From the human T2T-CHM13v2.0 reference genome, Homo sapiens: a DNA stretch of 64,000 bases. Positions 42,791 through 56,300 of this stretch are shown piece after piece. The position numbers were made by a program, and so were the translations under genes. Positions within the stretch are counted from its first letter, which is position 1. Every line of letters starts with the position of its first letter. The notes under the pieces are model-generated. The model made no database searches and was not told where the DNA came from. It was given only the letters and a program-made list of their open reading frames with translations. Location: assembly GCF_009914755.1 (NCBI RefSeq), contig NC_060929.1, one strand, 5' to 3'.

Positions 42791-44751
42791 TGTTGAACTT
42801 GTTAAGAGTGCATATCCTTTTTTTCAGATCCATCTATCATTTCCTAGTTGTATGTGGTTGTGTGGGTTATTTCTCCTCTTTTACATTGATTTTCTCACCT
42901 GCAAGTGAATAATAGTAACACTTTATGAGCAGGGTTATTGCAAGTAGCAAGGAGAAAATATATATTTACCATTTGCCACAATCCCTGGGGAAGTGCAGTC
43001 AATACATTGGAAAGGGTCCTCATAAGAGTTTGATGATCATTCTCAGAAAGCTAGCCAGAGAAAGTCTAAATGGTAAAGGTTCCAGCTCATTATCTTCTTC
43101 CCTTTTCTCAAGTTTTCTCTCCATCTGACATGTGAGCTCAGTATTTACCATTGCCCTTTCTACAAATTTAACCAAGTTTATTTAAAAACATAATGACCTT
43201 CTATCCCAATTTACATTTTCTTTGGTGTAGAGGACGCCTTTACCTTGATGTGTGGAGACAAGCCGTTGATTTGTAAGAAACACCAATTATCAGCTTCCAC
43301 TTGTGCTTCACAATCTGCTGAGTCGCTTTAACACTTTTGATGAAATTGAGCAAGGCCTTGTGATCTCTCCTGTGCCAGCCGTGAAGTGTCCACTGCACGC
43401 AGCTTGGCAGAACTATTTTCAGGGCCATAGGATGTTATGGCTGTGTGGGCAGGGAGCATTTTATTCGTCTGTTTGATTCCTATGTTTTTATTAGTGGTGC
43501 AATTGCAAAGGTAATGCTATTGACACTTTTTGTGTAGCCTTGAGAGAAGAGTATGAATTGTTTTAGTAGCAGCACAGCGTGTCCCTAAATATAAATCATG
43601 CTGTACTGATAGTTACTTTAGCAGCCACTGATCAGCAATAAATGTTAAAAATTAACAAGAAGTTTCTTTTTTTCGAAACCGCCAAATGACTCTAAGCATT
43701 AAATATATTTTAGCCGGAGTTGCTTCTCGGCCACAGAGTGGTTCACAACATTAAACATATTTTCAAAGTATTACTCCTTCCCCAGCCTCCAAGTGGTTGT
43801 AAACATTAAATATGTCTTATAAAAACTGCTTTGCCAGCTACTGGCAAGACAGCTATGAACATCATTTTTCTTTAAAGTTGCCTTCCAGCTGCGGGACTAT
43901 TTTTCCTTATTTGTTCTATTCTATTTATATTTTGTACACAAAAGCAGGCAAGAGGCTACATTGGCCCAATTGTCTCTGGCTTTATGATAAGTGATCGTGG
44001 GAGAGCAGTTGCACCTCCGTAAAACCCTGCTGGCCACAGGAGCTTGCTGAAGTTCAATCACTGATACTGAATATTTCATATAGATGTCAGCTGTGTCTTC
44101 CAAAATAATTTTTGTTTTTCATTGTGCAATGTGTTGAGGCATAAAGATGGGCATGCATTAACATCAGCATTAAGAAAAATAACTTGAAGCAACCAGACAC
44201 TGATGAATTATACCCACTGATTCAGGTGAAAATATTCCGTGAAGAGAACAGACTCAAATGGCAGGACTAGTATGTTAATGAGGTCTTTAACCCAAACATG
44301 ATGAAAGACTTGGAACCTCTGTCTGGAAATCATCCAGTCTGACAACTGCATGCGATTCAAAAAGAGTGAAGAGTATGCTATTACATAAAGGTCTATCCAG
44401 GACTTAGAGCAGGAAATCTTTTCATTTTAACCAAATTCACAGTGAAAATAACGTGTGTCCCCTGAGTGAATTGAAAAATAAATTAGCTCTATCATCTCAG
44501 GCACAGTAATTCATCATCAGGCCAAATAATTAATTACTCAGGAAGGCTTTGATTTCTATGGGAGCCAAGTGTTCTCCAAATTGTGTAGTACTGTATCTTG
44601 CCAAATGTTTTATTTTAGGTGTATGTTCAACAGGTTCCAATATTCATCAATACCTACGTGACAGGCACTATTTTAGGTACTGGAGCTAGAACTTGAGCAA
44701 AAAAGACAAAAAGTCCTCCTCTCAGGAAGCTTTTACTCCAAAGGCCTCCTG

Positions 44752-44950
44752 CAGGGGCAGCAAGCTAAACTCTGTGAGCTAAATTCAACATATCATCTGT
44801 TTTTATTGGAACAGTTACACTTATTCATTTCTGTGTTGTCTATGGCTGCTTTCACACCACAATGGAAGAGCTGGCAACAGAGACCATATGGCCTGCAAAG
44901 ACTAAAATATTTACTATCTGCTCCTTCACAGAAAAGTATGTTGACCCATT
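44752..44950 (+). mobile_element. MER58A-like hAT-Charlie MITE
   Basis: cagggg start, then ttttattggaa, gtctatggctgctttc, cagagaccatatggcctgcaaag, aaaatatttactatctg, and a ...gaccc end. Confidence 0.85.
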
Positions 44951-47002
44951 ACATAGTGGATTGAGTTTGAGAGAGGAGATTAAGGTAAGGCCAACATTTT
45001 AAATCGACCTATGAGGAAAAAGTGTTTTTTTTCTCCCTAAAAATTACCTCTTCCAAAAGAAAACAAAACACAAAAAAACATAAAAATAAAAAGAAAGAAA
45101 ATGGCAAGACCCAAGGTAAAATGAAGGGTAAAAGTGAGCACCACACTAATACATATGTATCAGCGTGAAATCAGATGCTGCCATTTAGTTCCTGCTGAAA
45201 GTGTTGGTTTGGCTTTATTAAAATAACTTAAACACAGTCTTTCAATGTTATAGACTCATGGTAAAGGTTTCTTTTTCCTTTTGTGAATTTTTAAAAATTT
45301 CTCTGCAAAAATTATTCCTCACACAATTATGTAACTTTATATTTTCGATTAAAACTAAAACTAAAAATGTTGAAAGAACAACTCGATATTGGATTAAAAT
45401 ATTCATTTTCCATCTTCATTCTCAGGATTCATATTTGGTTGCCTCATTGCGATATAAGTATGTTGAAAAAAATGGAAAATTGCTGAAAGCAAAAATTTTA
45501 AAACTCACCAGTATTAATAATTATCACCAAATAACTATTACAGAAAACTTCCTCAGAAAGTAAAATTAGAGTGAAGGTATCACAGGTTGGCACTATTTTC
45601 ATTCCCGACCAAGAAACTGACACCTGAAAATTAAAAAAAAAAAAAATCAGAGTCTACAGTTTTACAAATAATTAACAAAATGAACATCAAAATAGGGTGC
45701 AATTTGTTTAATTGGCAAAGGCACACAACGAAAAAGAAATATGTCAATTAAACTGTCAACCATGTTAATTTTGCCTCTGAGAAAAACATTGTAATGGGAT
45801 AATTTCACGAAATGCTTTGATGACAAGAAAATGCCAAAATATGATTAGCTACTTCAAAATTCAGCTGAAACAAGAAAGCAATTGGTGGCAGCCAGAATAA
45901 CCAAAGGTCTTTTTTTTAATATACCTTTTTCTTTCCGTCTCTTTTTGCCTGTGTTTAATCAACAGCGTACATTTTGTTTGACAGTGAAATGATTCATAAT
46001 GAAAACACTGGCATCACAAAAACTTAGCAGAAACTTTGCTATAAGATTAGAGTATACACTTCTATTTTCCCCAAACTCTTTAAAAATATAATTACTATTT
46101 CTGAAAGAATTTGTTATCTTTATGAAATAATGTATTTTTCTTACTAGCATTAAGTGCTTATTTAGCTAAAAGCCAGAATTAGAAGCAATTCACTCATATG
46201 AGTATGTTTATATTTATATTGTCAAATATATTTACTTAGAATTTAAACCAAGATATATTTTATTTATTGTTCTCATCACTGCCTGTTAGTCAGAATGGAT
46301 ATTTTAAATTTTACCAGGTCATGTAAATTTTACTACCTATATTTCTTATTCCTGTTTGTTTAGAAAAATAATCTAGTCTATACCTAAGCTAACAAATAAT
46401 CCTAAACATTGAAAATACACACATGATTATGAAGAATTCACTTTCTAATAAGTTTCAGCTTTTTACAAATGGCTGCTTAAATATAATGCATAAATATGAC
46501 GTATTTTTAAAAATACATCTTGTTTATGCATTACTTGAACCATAACTAATCCCCATTTCCAGTCAAAAAGAACACTGTCTACATATGTTAATCTCTAATA
46601 CAACAAAAGCAGGCTTAGCTTAATGGGAAACTTATTAGAGTAAAATAGTTCTTTTTATTTTGTATTTTATTTTATTATTACAATAAGAAGATTATAATTT
46701 GGTAACCAGCAGGAGAAGAAAGACTTCCAAAGATTATTTTATGGGTCCATGTATTTGCTTTTCCTGAGGGTAACTAGTGCTAATTCTAGAAAGGCAGAAT
46801 GCTGTAGGAAAAACAAAATAAGCCCTGGAGTACAAAAGATTTGGATTCAAACTTTGAAGAAGGATGGGGAAGTGTTTAGGAAAGTGCTTCCCTGTGTAAA
46901 ACTTAGCTGGTAAGTACCATATTTCACTGAAATTGCTGTTATAATAATTGAAACAGATTATTATTGGAAAAACAACATCAGCAAAACTAAACCCTAGATG
47001 AG

Positions 47003-47255
47003 TTTAAATAAGTGCCAGCCATTTTTCTCCTGTGGGGATTTAGAGTTGAAGTGGGTATCTTCGATTACTTTTCTTTATCCTCATTCTTATTCTTATAATT
47101 TTTCCTAATAAGTCACCTAAGAAGGGCATTTAAATAAGTGCTAGCCTTTTTTCTCCTATGGGGATTTAGAGTTGAAGTGGATGTCTTCAATTACTTTTCT
47201 TCTCTATTCTCGTTCTTATTCTTATAATTTTTCCTAATAAGTCACCTAAGAAGGG
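47003..47255. repeat. Tandem duplication, 2 x ~126 bp
   Basis: tttaaataagtgc...cctaataagtcacctaagaaggg starts at 47003 and again at 47129, roughly 90% identical by eye. Confidence 0.93.
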
Positions 47256-47861
47256 GATTCTAGAAACATCTCTTTCCAAGAATACATATTGTTTTAAGAA
47301 ATATCAGTTACCCCAAATACTTGAATAGAAACTAGGAAAACAGGAGAGGGAGATTATAGGTGTAAACAAGGAATTACTGTGCAGTAATATGTGTAGTGGA
47401 CGTGAAAAGTAATGACTTAACAGTTTGAATACACAAAGATGGACCAAACAAATACATTTATTTCTCCTTTATTCCAAATTGCCACTGAAATAGGAAAATA
47501 TAGTACTTATTAAAATAACTATGGAAAGTTGAGAAGAATTCTACCAACAGACTAAAGAGTAAGCAATTTCTGAAGGACATAAGTCATATCAGAGGCACTT
47601 TAGTCTTTGGCCATAATAGAATTATTGGAGGGACTTGCCTTTTCACTATAAACAATGATAAAACTGGGCAACATATATGAGGAACCAGATTTTATGCATC
47701 AAACAAGAAGTACAAGTTTTTCATACTCAAGAGAGAAGAAAGCTGTGAGGTAAGTACCACATTTAACCAGAGAATGTGACTAGGGGCACTTTTTCTCCCA
47801 TTAAACAAGGAGGCAGACTCTAAAAATAATGAGTTTAGAGGAAGAAATTAAAGCTTAAAGC

Positions 47862-48103
47862 TCTCATTTTGTAGGTTGTCTGCTTATTTGTTGATAATTT
47901 CTTTTGCTATGCAGAAGCTCTTAGTTTAATTAGGTTCCAAAAAGAGGTAGGGGTAGAGGGACAAGAGCCAAGGAACTTCCTGTTAGGTATTCAGTTCACT
48001 ACCTGGGTGACAGGATCAGTGGAAGCCCAAACAGTAGCAGCAAGCAATATAACTTTGTAACAAACCTGCACATATACCCCCTGAATCTAAAATTACAATT
48101 AAA
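47862..48103 (+). mobile_element. Short L1PB/old L1PA 3' end preceded by an inverted ORF2 fragment
   Basis: 47862-47938 is antisense ORF2 (ttcttttgctatgcagaagctc...tagtttaattag). 47940-48103 is sense 3' UTR (gtaacaaacctgcacatatacccc...gaatctaaaat). Confidence 0.8.
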
Positions 48104-48150
48104 TCTCTATCTATATCATCTCTCTCTCTCTCTATCTATCTATCTATCGA
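48104..48150. repeat. (TC)n(TATC)n microsatellite
   Basis: Read directly. Confidence 0.9.
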
Positions 48151-48559
48151 TATTTGTAAATAGCTTACACTTGCTTAAGTGGTTGTTATTTAAGAGCTGC
48201 TGAAGTGGCTGAAATTTGTATAGGAAAGGAAAAAGAGGCATGGGGTAGGCCTACAGAAGCCAGAATAAGTATTTGGCACCAATTTCGTCAAAAGCTGCTC
48301 TATACCTGAGCAGGGTTAACATCTGCAAGACCTGCTGAAAGCAGATACTGTGGGAATAAGATATCAGTAGTAACAGGACAAGGAGATGTTTGGGTTACTG
48401 ACTAGCCACAGGGAAGATATTTTACGGAATATTCCAGGCATTAAGAACAAGGACTATTTCTTTCAGTAAAGACTATGTCCTATCTTTAAGAACAAAAATG
48501 AAAGAGATTTTCATTAACAAATAATGAAACCAGGCATGGCAGATCAAAAGGATCTGGAA

Positions 48560-50340
48560 GCCACTTAACAGCTTTCAAAGGACTATCTTAGGGCCTTTTA
48601 CAAGAAGACAACGTCTAGATTTTCTACAGTGTATTAGTCAAAAATACAAGTTACGCAAAGAAGCAGGAAAATTTAATAAATAATCAAGGGGGAAAAAGCA
48701 GTCAATAGAACATACATCATAATGACCCAGGCATTGAAATCAACAGATATATATTATGAATATGTCCTTAGACTATGGAGATATTGTCACAATGATAGAA
48801 CAAAAAAGGTAATTTTGAGAAATGAACATTGTTGAAGTAACAAGTGCAAAATATACAATGAAAGAGTCACTGGCAGGGTATACTCTCAGATTTCAGCTCT
48901 CTGAAAAGCAGACAAATAACCTTGAAAACCATTTTTGAATTTATCTAATCTCAAACAAAAGAGGAAAATGATTAAAATAAGAGATTGAATGACATGGGAT
49001 ATCAAGCCATCAAACCTATACACAAATGAAGTCTCAAAAGGATGAGTCAGAAAATGGGAAAGAAAAAATATATTTGAAGAAATAATTGCCAGTGTTTTCA
49101 AATTTTGATGAAAAATTTCAATGCAGAGATCCAAGAACATCGAATCAACAAGAACACATGTATGAAGGGTATAAAGCCAATAGCATAATTAAAATGAAAT
49201 ATTGAAAAATATCCATTTACTCTAAGGAAGGTAACACTGAACCGGTGAAGAAAGAAATATCAACAACCAAGGGAAGAGAACAACACCCAAATAAGAAAAT
49301 AGTAGGCAAATAGTAACATGGTAGATTTAACAACACTGACATCACTGATTAAATGTAAATGGATTGAACATTTATATTAGTTTCCTAGGGTTATATAACA
49401 AAGTACCATAAACTAGGTGCCTCAAGCAACAAAAATGTATTATCTCAAGTCCTGAAGGCTAGAAGTCTGAATTCAAGGTACTGGTTCCTTCTAAAGGCTG
49501 TGAAGAAGAATCTGTTCTAGACATCTCTCCGTGGCTTTTAGATGGCTTTCTTCATGTTCATATGTTGTGCTTTCTGGTGGCATTTTTGTGTCCAAATTTC
49601 CCCCTTTCATAAGGCCACCAGTCACATTGGATTACAGGCCACTCTAATGATCCCATTTTGACTTGATTACATCTATAAAGATCCTATCTTTCAATAAGGT
49701 TGCATCCTTAATTACTGGGGTAAGGACTTCAACGTATGTTTTTTTTGGCAGACAATTCAACCCATAACACACTTAAATTAAGAGCTAGCAATTTTGAGAC
49801 TGGATTTAAAAAGGACAAAACTATATGCTCTCTATAATGAATGCATTTTTTTTTTGAGATGGAGTCATAAAATTGGTTGAAAATGAAAGGAAGTAAAACT
49901 GATGTAGCTGGCTAATACCAGAGAAAGTAGGATTCAAAATAAGCTGAAATATCAGAGATGGAATGATAAAAGGTTAAGCTCATTAGCAATGCATTATAAT
50001 TCTCAATGTTTTTATACAACTGATAACAGAGTGTCAAAATGCATGAAGTAAAAACAGACAGAACTAAACAGAGAAATAGACTTTCACTCATAGTTGAAGA
50101 TTTTAATCATCGGCTCAAAATAAACAATAGATGAACAAATAAAAATTAGTAAGGATTTGGAAGATTCTAATAATACTATCAACTAATGTAGTCTAATTTC
50201 AAGTTTTAGAACACTACACAAAAAATTTCATGAAAATATTTATATCAAATTTACATGGAATGTTTACGAAGGACTGTGTAGTCTCGGTCATTAAATAAGT
50301 CTCAATAATTTGCAAAAGATTAAAAATTATCTTCAGAGGT
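48560..50340 (+). mobile_element. Degraded L1M ORF1 to ORF2-endonuclease region
   Basis: aaatatatttgaagaaataattgcc...cagagatccaagaa (ORF1-like), then taaatgtaaatggattgaa and aaataagtctcaataattt (EN-like). No open frame. Confidence 0.7.
49373..49769 (-). mobile_element. MLT1B/C-like solo LTR inserted in L1M
   Basis: Termini tattagtttcctaggg...aacaaagtacca...aggctagaagtc...caattcaacccataaca. Confidence 0.85.
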
Positions 50341-50493
50341 GAAACAATGGTTTTTGTGTTGATTGAGATATTGATTAAATATGTACATTTGTGAAAACTT
50401 ACTAAATTGAATGCTTAATTTCTGTGCATTTTGCTGTATCTCAATTCTAATAGAAAGACAGGCAAACATATAAATACCTATTACAGACATACC

Positions 50494-50543
50494 TACACAC
50501 ACACACGTGTGTGTGTATGTGCGTGTGTGTATGTGTGTGTATA
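50494..50543. repeat. (AC)n(GT)n alternating purine-pyrimidine tract
   Basis: (ac)6(gt)5 followed by further tg/ta/cg repeats. Confidence 0.9.
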
Positions 50544-51292
50544 AGTCATTTGCATATATACTGGCAGTGAATCCCAGTAAAGGTGAGGAATACATATTCT
50601 CACACTGGTAGAAATGATGACTTTTTACAGTCTGATTTTTTTTGTGTTTTAATCCAGAAATAATCCCAAAATTAGAGATACAAGGGAATGGTAATTGGTC
50701 CATAGAATAAGAACTGTCCAAGAAATTTATAGCACATGACTCCCTGTCCCACGCTCAATTGAGGTTTGTTTTATGTCTTTGCTCTGGGAAGAAAGCCCCC
50801 AGTTTAGCTTTCTAAATGATGAGTTCAGAATCTACTCACAAGCATTAGAGATTAGTAAAGTTCCTTGTATTCAGTAGAGTTCCTTGCAACAAGCATGAGC
50901 AGTAGAGATGCTGCCACTTTCAAAAGACTTACATATGGACCACTGAAAAGAAAGGCATTATGTGGTCAATTTTAGAGCATGTGCCATGTGGAGATGAGAA
51001 GAATGTATATTCTGTTGTTTTTGGATGGAGAGTTCTGTAGATGTCTATCAGACTCATTCGGTGGAATGTTGGGTTCAGATCCTGAATATCATTGTTAATT
51101 TTCTACCTTGATGATCTGTCTATGACTATCAGTGGTGTGTTAAAGTCTCCTACTATTATTGTGTGGGAGCCTCTTTGTACTCTAAGAACTTACTTTATGA
51201 ATCTGGGGGTTCCTGTGTTGGGTGCATATATATTTAGGTTAGTAAGGTCTTCTTGTTGAGTAAAACCCTTCATCATTATGTAATGCCCTTCG

Positions 51293-51614
<322 letters not shown>

Positions 51615-52942
51615 CCTTCTTTGTCTTTTTTGAACTTTGTTTGTTTGACGTCTGTTTGGTCTGAAATTAGGATGCAACCCCTGCTTTTTTCTGTTTTCTA
51701 CATGCTTGGTAGATTTTCCTCCATTCCTTTATTTTGAGCCTATGGGTGTCATCACATGTGAGATAGGTCTCAAAGACAGCATACCATTGAGTCTTGCTTT
51801 TTTATTCAGCTTGCCCCCCTTTACCTTTTAAGTGGGGCATTTAGCCCACTTACATTCAAGGTTAGTATTTGATATGTGTAGATTTGATGCCCTCTCTCAT
51901 GACTCCTATTCAACATAGGAAATCCCAGCCAGAGTAATCAGGCAAGAGAAAGAAATAAAGGGCATCCAAATAGGAAGAGAGGAAGTAAAATTATCCCTAT
52001 TTGAAGCTGACATGATTCTATATCTAGAAAACCCCATAGTCTCAGCCCCAAAGCTCCTTCTGCTAATAAAAAAAACTTCAGCAAAGTTTTAGAAAGAAAA
52101 TCAATGTACAAAAATCACTAGCATTTCTATAAACCAACAGTAACCAAGCTGGCAGTCAAATCAGGAAGGCAATCCCATTCACAATTTTCACAAAAAGAAT
52201 AAAAATATCTAGTGTAAAATACAACTAACCAGGGAGGTGAAAAATCTCTACAATGAGAATTACAAAACACTGCACAAAGAAATCAGAGAGGATACAAACA
52301 AAATGGAAAACATATCATGCTCATGGATAGGAAGAAGCAATATCATTAAAAGGCCATACTGCACAAAGCAATTTACAGATTAAATGCTATTTCTATCAAA
52401 CTACCAATGACATTCTTCACAAAACTAGAAACAACTGTTTTAAAATTCATGTGGAACCAAAAAAGAGGCCAAATAGCCAAGGCAATCTTAAGAAAAAGAA
52501 CAAAGCTGGAAGCATCAGGCTATCTGACCTCAAACTATACTACAGGGCTATGTTAACCAAAACAGCATGGTACTGGCACAAAAACAGGGACATAAACCAA
52601 TAGAACAGAATAGAGAACCCAGAAATAAAGCCACACAGCTATGATTATCTGATCATCAATAAAACTGACAAAAACGAGCAATGGGGAAAAGACTGTCTTT
52701 TCAATAAATGGTACTGGGATAACTAACTAGCCATATGCAAAAGATTGAAACTGGACCCCTTCCATACACAATATACAAAAATCAACTCAAGATGGATTAA
52801 ACACTTAAATGCAAAACACAAAATTAGAAAAACCCTGGAAGACAACCTAGGCAATACCATCCTGGACTTAGAACAGGCAAGGATTTCATGACTAAGATGT
52901 CAAAAGCAATTGCAACAAAAGCAAAAATTCATAAATGGGAAC

Positions 52943-53314
52943 TTCATTAGTCCATTTTCACACTGCTATAAAGAACCACCAGAGACTGAGTAATTTATAA
53001 AGAAAAAGGTTTAATTGACTTGAAGTTCAGCATGGCTGGGAAGGCCTCAGGAAACTTACAATTATAGGAGAAGGTGAAAGGGATGCAATGCACCTTTTTC
53101 ACAAGGCGGCAGGAAGGAGAAGTACCAGGCAAAGCTGGGAAGAGCCCCTCATAAAACCATTAGATCTCGTGAGAACTCATTCACTATCACAAGAACAGCA
53201 TGGGTGAAATCACCCCCAGATTCAATTACCTCCACCTGGTCTCTCCATGTGGTGATTATGGAGATTATAATTCAAGATGAGATTTGGGTGGGGATACAAA
53301 GCCTAAACATATCA
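52943..53314 (-). mobile_element. Solo THE1/MST-type LTR nested in L1 ORF2
   Basis: attagtccattttcacactgctataaag...gagatttgggtggggatac...catatca, with a 5-bp TSD ggaac/ggatc. Confidence 0.9.
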
Positions 53315-56300
53315 GGATCTCATTAAACTTATTAAGAGCTTCTGCATAGCAAAAGAAACTATTGACAAAATAAACAGACAACCTACAGAATGGGAGAAAC
53401 TATTTGCAAACTATGCGTCTGACAAATGTCTAAAATCCAGCACCTATAAGGAATTTAAACAAATTTACAAGAGAAAAACAACCCCACTAAAATGTGGGCA
53501 AAGTACATGAACAGACACTTTTCAAAAGAAGACATACATGTAGCCAACAAGCATGTGAAAAAAAAAAAAAAACTCAATATCACTGATCATTAGAGAAATG
53601 CAAATTAAAACCACAATGAAATATAATTTCATACCAGTTAAAATGGCTACTATTAAAATGTCAAAAAATAACAGATGCTGGCAGGTTGTGGAGAAAAGGA
53701 AACACACACTGTTAGTGGGAGTGTAAGTTAGTTCAACTATTGTGGAAAGCAGCATGGCAATTCCTCAAAGAGATAAAAGCAGAACTACCATTCCAACCAG
53801 CAATCGCATTACTGCATATATACCCAGAAGAAAATATATCATTCTACCATAAAGACACATGCACACAAATGTTCACTGCAGCAATATGCACAATGGCAAA
53901 GACATAGAATCAACCTCAATGCTCATCAATAAGAGTTTAGATAAAGAAAATGTGGTATATAGACACCATGGAGCTATAAAAAAGAATGAGATCACGTTCT
54001 TTGCAGTAACATGGATGGAGCTGGAGGCTATTATACTGGACAAATTAACACAGGAACAAAAAACCAAATACTAGAAAATACTGCATGCTCTCACTTACAA
54101 GTGGGGAACTAAATTATGAGAACACATGGACACAAAGAAGGGAACAGCAGACACTGGAGTCTACTTGAGAGTGGAGGGTGACAGGAGACAGAGGAGCAGG
54201 AAAAATAATTGTTGAGTACTTGGTACCTAGGTGACAAAATGATCTGTACAACAAACCCTGATGACACGAGTTTACCTATATAACAAACTTTCACAGGTAC
54301 TCCCAAACCTAAAATAAAAGTTAAAAAAAAAAGAAGAAAGCAAGCCCAAACCCATGCTGTACCACATGGCAGCATGGCATTGCAATTTTCAATTACTTGG
54401 GGGAAATAAAGATTCTCATGTGATTAGAGGAAATAATCTTTATTTAATAATAATGCTTAATAAGAACACTTGACAATAGATGGCTGAGAAAACCAAGAAT
54501 CACCAAATATTTAAATAAAAATAAAAAATAAAGAATATCCTATCTATGAAATGATATAAACACTAAGAAAATAGAATTAACAGAAGAAACTAAAGAAAAT
54601 GTCAATAGCCTTGGTGTCCATACAGGAATAGGAATCACAAAAATAACCATAAAATATTTTTAAAAATACCTTTTACGAGCAATACTCCAGAATGTCAGAA
54701 ATTAAAAATATCATTAGCAAAATAAAATGTAGTAAACAGAATAAATAATATAAAAGATAAAACTGATGTCTAAAGATTACCCCAGAATCTGAACTGCATG
54801 AGGGGGAATAATAATTACATTACTGGATATGAGAACAACTATTTAATAGACACATCTACTTGGATGACAATGCTTTTTTTTAAATGTCAAATTTCCAGTT
54901 TATTAATTTTAATACATTTCTGATCAAAATTACTCATTTCTTTTTGTGCCCTTATTTTTTGCATTAATTTTCATTTTTTACATCTCCATGCTGAATTGAA
55001 AAAAACTTCTACTGACCTGTATTTCAGTATATTAATTATTCCTTCAATGGTATCTAATCTGGTGGTAAATTATCTATTATATTTAATTTAAGTAACCACA
55101 TTTGTATTTTAAATGTTTTGCTTATTTCATCTACAATATAATACTAACACAGTTTTTTCTCTACAATTAGTTTAAGCTTTTAACTAAATTTTTAAAGAGT
55201 AAAATATTTATTATCTTTCTCTGATATTGTCCAATGTTTGAAGTCTTTGTGGTTCTAATTATGTTTCATGTTGTTTTTGTTGATTTTAACTTATTTTGCC
55301 TTGTTTCACTGTGTTCTTGAGAATATTGTAAGATTTAGCTTCAGGGTATTTTTATAAAGCATTCAGATTTGCTTCTCCCTAACACCTGGGCATACGAGTA
55401 GGACCACCTTAAAAAAATGTTCAATTTTTGAGATTACCTGAGTCACGCAGTCACACAAACCCAAGTAGTGGATCCAAGCTACCACTGCTTTAGGTCTGTC
55501 TGGTTCACCTTATGCTGAGGGTATAAGATTTGGTCATCTCAATCTTTTAAGGGAGGGCTCCTTAAGAAGACTTAACATATGCTAATCTTCGGTTTTGGTT
55601 TCTTTCTCATTCACCCTGAAACTGTCAAAATAAATATTAATATTTGTAGAGATCGGCAAATTGCAACTGGTAAGGTTATATCCTTACCTCTCTGGGTTCT
55701 TCTTTTCTCTTCAAATTTGGTTTGATCACTTATTAAAATTTTATAAGCTCTCAATGCTTTTTAAAAGGTGTTTTAAATGTGCAATCACTAGCATTTTTTA
55801 AAGTTTTTTCATTGGGAATTATAGTCTGAATAATATCCCACCATAACTAGAAAATGAAATACCTACCTATTACAAATGCAATACATTTTATATATTGAGT
55901 AATTTGCCTTTTTCTAATTAATTTTATTTTAAAACTCATATTAAAATCTATATTTTATAAGAAAAAAAAAAGCTTGACATTTGATTAAGACCAACTTAGC
56001 TTCACAAATCTCTACCCGAATGACCACAGGCAAGTGATCTGACATTTGCAAGTGCCTATTTTTTTTTTTTCATTTATAAAATGGAAATACGTAACTGAGC
56101 TTAATGTGGATCAAAGAAATTAATATGTAAAAAAAATCAAACACAGAACCTGAAAATGATAGGAAGTCAATTATTCAGCCTACCTATCCACTACTAAAAT
56201 AATTCTTGGTTATGAACTTCACAAGGGAACACACTGTATTACTACTCTACTCAATAACATGAATTTCATTGTGTATCTTCTGGGGCAAGTGCTTCTTCCA

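Noticed and set aside
46895-47760. Isolated strong plus-strand donor motifs (ctg|gtaagt ~46910, gag|gtaagt ~47750)
   Set aside because: No convincing paired acceptor or coding frame, and such motifs are expected by chance in 64 kb.
51886-54074. Reverse-transcriptase-like peptide remnants
   Set aside because: These are a decayed LINE-1 ORF2 with frameshifts, stops and a nested LTR, not a novel RT system.
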